A DNA stretch of 64,000 bases from Vitrella brassicaformis CCMP3155 (Eukaryota > Protista > Chromerida). Positions 59,001 to 64,000 of the stretch are shown piece after piece. A model generated the notes under the pieces. It saw only the letters and a list, made by a program, of their open reading frames with translations, was not told the DNA's origin and made no database searches. Within the stretch, counting starts at the first letter, position 1; every line of letters starts with the position of its first letter. The position numbers were made by a program, and so were the translations under genes. The stretch is taken from contig CDMY01001028.1 in assembly GCA_001179505.1 (NCBI GenBank), positions 62,001-126,000 of the forward strand. The letters are read 5' to 3'.

Positions 59001-62000
59001 AGATCGACCCACGCTTGGCAACGCGCTGGTACACACTACGAAGCTGCACACATGAACGAGACACATGGGGATTGGACATGGGTGCGATGTCTTTTGGTTG
59101 TGTGTGCATACCTTGTCTATCTCTACAGCGGTGACCTTTCCGTCCTCTAGAGACTTGGCGATCTCTACTGCCTTCTCCTTGGTGTTCTGAAGCGTCGCGA
59201 TCAGCTCCTCGTTGTCCAAGATGCTGCCCTTCGACTGAGCCAGCTCGCGAAGCAGAACGTCCTCCAGCTGCTTCAGCGTCTGCTTGTCCTCACTCATCCG
59301 GTGAATCAGCTCCTGCCTCTCCTTCTCGAGGTCGGGCCTCTCGAAGCCCACCACGACGTTGAGTAGCTGGTCCTGCAGTCCCTGCATGGTCACGGTGTAG
59401 TTGATGATCGACACCTTGCCCATGACCTCCGGCGAGTAGCTGGGGTTGGACAATTTGGTGGTGAGGAAGAGCAGGAAGCTGTCCGACCACTCGATCTGGT
59501 TGTCGCCGAGTGTAATCATGGTCTGTCCGCCCTCGACGGTGACGCTCTTCTCGAGAACAGGGTCGATCATGGGGTCGAGCTCGTTGTCGATGCCTTCGAA
59601 CAGGAACGGCTTGCCGTACTGGATAGCCAGCTCAAGGTGCTTGGCGTAGTCGTCGTTGAAGGTCTTGACCACCAAACCATTCTTCTCGTGGGCTGACTTG
59701 ATCCAGTGCACAGCCTGACACACACAGATAAAGAGACATACGTGACGGATGCCTTCGCGTCCTTGTCTCTCTGTGCATGGCTACCTGCATCTGTGGGTCG
59801 ATGCACAGAGGAAACCTCGACGCCCTCGTGGTGAGGATGCCGTTCTGCACCGAGAGCTCATCTGACGGCAGCCCCTGGCCTGCCCACAGGGCCACCTCCA
59901 CATCCGACGTCAGCAGGTCTTCCAGCTTGAAGGGCGACGTCATGGGGATATTGCGGTCAGTCACGTCACCCAACCAGTGGTCGACCACCTGCACGCATCA
60001 AGCACCGCAGGGCCCATTTGCGCGTCCATGTCTGGGGAGTGTTCAGTTTGTGACCATTCTGTGTCTGAAGTCGAACGAGAATGGCCCCGTGTACGAGAGG
60101 AAGCCGGCGCCGACCAGACAGTCGCCCACGAGCTTCTTCTTGGTCTCTGCCTGCGACTGGAGGTCTGCAGTCCACCGCACCCGCTCGGACCCCAGCCCCT
60201 CGATAAGGTGGCTGGCAGCAGTGAGGCGCCGCTCCATGGTGGCCGCCTCGTCTTGCAGCTCCTTGAGCTTGGCGGACTGCTCCACCTGGTCGGCAGTGAG
60301 CTTCTCGATCTGCTCGGTCAGCTGAACCAGCTCCTTCTGGATGGCGGCGAGGTTGCGTTCAGCCGTCTCTTTTTTCTGCTGCAGCTCCCTGACGAGTTTG
60401 CGCTTGGGCTCCACTGTCCTGGCGACCTCGTGGTAGTGAACCATAGCCTTGACCCATGTGAGCAGCCCGTTGCCGGCGACGGATATCTTCTTCATGGCTT
60501 GGCCCTCAAACGACTCGGGGTCCTTGGAGAAGTAATCCTTAATCTTCTTCACCTGCTTGTCTGGTGGACGACACGGACGTGGCAATGAAGTGCGTGCGTG
60601 TCTGAGTATGTACCTGTGATGTCATCCTTTGGATATTCGAGGAGACTCTTCATGAAGTTGACATCGGACAGCATCGCCTTGGCCCCGTTCCACCCGTCTC
60701 CCTCTGACTTGGGTGTGACGAGCACCACCACACACATGCACACGTACATGACGGGCTTGGGCGGGGTCGTGAACGCCTTGATCTCCGTAATGTCCTTCTT
60801 GTCAAGATTCTCTAGCGCCTGCGCGGCCATCTCGAGGGCCGGGATCGCCGCTGCCAACGCCACATCGGCCTCGGCCTTCTCTTTCGTGATGATCTACACC
60901 AGAGACACAGAGGCAGGCAAAAGTCGCTACTTATGTTGTTTCTCCGTCTTCTGTCCGTCACCTCATTGTCCCTGGCGATCTGTTCGGCCGCAGCAGTGGC
61001 CTCTTCTTGACGCTTGTTAGCCTTTTCGCTCTTCTCATTGATGTCATGGATGAGCGCCTCGACCTTCCTGGCGTTCTCGTCGACGATCACCTTCTTCTCC
61101 GCCAGTTCCTTGCTCATGATCTCCACTGCCTCTGCGGCCTGGATGAGCTTGGTGAGCCCGCCCTCCAGCCGCTGTGACATGGCGTCCAGGTTCTTGCGAT
61201 TCTCGGCCAGCTTGCTGCGGTAGTTGTTGATGAAGTCCAGGTAATTCTTGGGCGTTGCGTAGTTCTTACGCCGGCGCTGCATCTCAAACTCGGGACTGTA
61301 CTTCTCTGTCACGCTGAGATGGACCATCACAAAGTGCTGTACAATCTCGTCGCGACTCTCGTCGGGAAGCGACTCGTTCTGAAGCAGAGAGCATATGTAC
61401 CCGGCCTGCAACGGGTGTCCGTGCGCCTACCTGTAGGAAATGGCTCGCGACGGCGTGCAGGGCCTCAGAAGGCCACGGGAAGAACCAGTCGATGGACGTG
61501 CATGACACGAGACCGGGGAAGTTGCGGCAGCGAGTGCGAAGTGAGCTGCCGGCAGGAGACATCGCCAGCACTAGGTGCAGGTTCTCTCGGGCCTGCAGCG
61601 CACACACACGCACACACAACTAATGTATACGATGCTGCAATATTTCAAGGATGAATCGGAAAACACATTTGACCTTGGAGACACAGAAGTTCCACATGCG
61701 GTCTCCCCTGATGCCCTGCTCGGAAGCCTCCTTTCTGATCTTGCCGATGAGGCCCTCCTTCTCATCCTCAGCGAACAAGGCCGGCACCATGCCCACAGTG
61801 AGGAGGTTGTTGAGGTACTCGAGAAACCCCTCCTCGACCACATGGGCGTCAGTGAAGAGGAAGGTGCGAGGGGCGGAGACCACCTCTGTGTACAGAGCCT
61901 TCAAGTCGTCGCGGAACTCCGTGTCACCGTAGCCGCGCGACAGCGTGATCTCAGACAGAGTATACCTGGATGGGCAAAGAAGAGAAAGGAAAGCAAGGAC

Positions 62001-64000
62001 CACGGTATGTCAAACCCCCTGTGTGTACCCTGCGGCGAATGTGGCGAGTTTTGTGAGGCTTTGTCGGCCCGAGCCGCCAGTGCCGACCAGCAGCGCGTTG
62101 CCCTGCGGCATGCGGATGATGCGGTGGATGCGGACCAGGTGGGAGAGGGCGTCCTCGAACAGCACGAGATTCATCGGCCTCTTCTCGGCATTGTAGTTCT
62201 CCAGCAGCTCGTTGAATATCTTGCGCACCGTTCCGTAGTCACCCATGTCCTGATACAGCCGCACCTATATGTGTACATCGACAGGAAGAGACACACATAC
62301 AATACAAGAGTATAAAAGGAGGACAAGATGATTGAGTGATTGGTCCATGCATGCACCTCTTGCCACGGGCTGTCTGATGACAGCAGGATGTTGAGGGCAT
62401 CCTGGAAGTCACCCCAGATGAGCGGATCGGCCAGCGCCTCCTCCGCCTAAAGGCACGTACACGCAGTACACACACTCATGCCATCAGCACTGTCCGATTG
62501 AGTGACTCACTTGACTGGGGAAGGTGTCTTTGATGATGTCTGGCAGGCGTCTTTTGCCGACAAAGTCCTTGTCGTCCTGCGTGATCAGGCGGTCCTCAAA
62601 GACCCGCAGACACTCGTTGCGCCACAGCCGGATGAGCGTAGTGCCGGCGTTGACCACCTGCGGATCGGCCAGCCACACGCCCTGGTACACACGCGACAAG
62701 TCGCGCAAATTGAAGACATAGTGGAACTTGGAGGGAGTCCTGGGCAGCGCCTCGATGATGCTGTCCTGCAGCTGGAGGGTGGCCTGCGGGAGTTTGGATG
62801 CCACCTCCTGCACCGCTTCGCTGAATGACATGAACTTGTGGTTGAGGATGGTCTTGTAGATACGGTCGATGCTGCTCTGTGAGGGGAAGCTCATGTGGAT
62901 GGCGGCGAACAGAGACACGACTCGGGGATCGACGCGGTTGCGGCCAGCGCCTGGTGGATTCATGGCCGCGAGCCACTCGATGTCCTTGAGAATGATCTTG
63001 TCCAGGTCACCACCTCTCTCGAACATGTGCTGCCGCTCAATCACAAACTTGAGCAGAGCCAGCGGCTGCTGTGTGCCGTATGTGTCAATCTGAAAACACA
63101 AAAACGAGCAGACTCCCTGTGACTGTCTATGTGTGTGCAAAAGACCGACCTTTGGCATCGACAAGTCGTCAACGAAGATCCGGAGTGTCTTCCCTGACGG
63201 CGGGCCAAATATACGGCCCGTCCGCTTGTCGACGTTGTCCTGTATGGTCTTCTGTAGGTCCATGGATGAGGTGCGGCTCGAGAGGTTGATGTTGAGCTGC
63301 AGTGCGGTCTCAGGGTCGAGGCCGTCCAGCCAGTTCATGACGGTGACCGACTTGGCTGTGCCAGACTCGCCGACGAAAAGAGTGGGCCGCTGCCTGGTCA
63401 TGAACTGCTCCAGCAGCCACGAGTACCGCACCGTGTCGACAGTGGGCACCAGGATCTTGGTGAATTGCACGTCGGGAGGTGGTTTGTACTCGGGCACCTT
63501 CTCCTCCCACGGCACCCATCGCCCCTGGTTGATGTCGTACATGGTCTCATACAGGCTCTGTTTCGGCAGCAGCCGATTGGCGACTTTCTTGAGGAACTCG
63601 TCGAATTTGGGCCGCTCGTTGTCGGCGAGACATGCGCCGACCGACCAGACGAGGCAGAAGATGAATATGTTCTCGACGTGCTCCATGGAGATGATGTTCT
63701 CGTTGGGCACCATGGCGTCGAAAAGGATGCACAGCTGCGTGACCATGTTTAGATCGGTGCGCGGCAGCGACTGCACAAGGGGGTTGCCGATATCGTCACC
63801 ATCGCGGCCCTCGAGGACGTGAGCGGTGCACAGGGGCAGGTACTTCTCGTAGAGCTCCTCCAGCACTTCGTAGAGTTTGTCATTATTCTTGTCCCGACAC
63901 CACTTGTCATAGTACGGGCCATAGCCGAGGTTCCGTGAGTCCACGTAGACCATGCCGCAACGGGAGATGGTGGCTGGCGACGCGTACTGGAGGTCGTACA
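56056..64000 (-). CDS. DNAH10: Axonemal inner-arm dynein heavy chain, DNAH10 / I1-alpha type; 3' portion (AAA2 end to C-terminus)
   Basis: Motifs [54 protein letters not shown] and LALGQGMGQ. The C-terminus [39 protein letters not shown]...[14 protein letters not shown] is characteristic of DNAH10. Confidence 0.92.

Noticed and set aside
1-64000. CRISPR arrays, rRNA or tRNA genes, prokaryotic operons
   Set aside because: There is no repeat-spacer array or recognisable structural RNA, and the sequence is spliceosomal-intron-rich eukaryotic DNA. The short tandem repeats lack unique spacers.

Overview
Eukaryotic nuclear DNA, GC-rich and intron-dense, with short introns full of (CA)n, (GT)n and (GTCT)n microsatellites. 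Plastid-targeted proteins with bipartite leaders, an axonemal dynein and a lineage-type expanded gene family point to a chromerid alga, probably Vitrella brassicaformis (inference, not verified by search). About 22 genes or gene remnants were reconstructed by hand from splice signals. In order: a secreted TPR protein (partial); thylakoid-lumen pentapeptide protein TL17; an orphan polytopic membrane protein; a small IQ/F-box-like gene; an 89-aa secreted cystine-knot (conotoxin-like) peptide gene; Sen1/senataxin helicase; a decayed PIF1/Helitron-type helicase across a probably spurious 300-N gap; a frameshifted PQQ-sugar/sorbosone dehydrogenase-like gene; a large hypothetical gene; a myristoylated EF-hand/RCC1/PA/WW protein; a plastid ABC1 kinase; a Cys/His-motif hypothetical; a LITAF-like protein lacking its zinc cysteines; two tandem CREST-like membrane paralogs; RNA Pol III subunit RPC31; a RING protein; a type I membrane histidine acid phosphatase; an inverted pair of family paralogs (one pseudogenised) bracketed by ~150-bp direct repeats; a small membrane protein; and the 3' part of DNAH10. 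Most ORFs in the supplied track are antisense or intron read-through artefacts. The best leads are the three-exon knottin, which the ORF track misses, and the cysteine-less LITAF-like protein.
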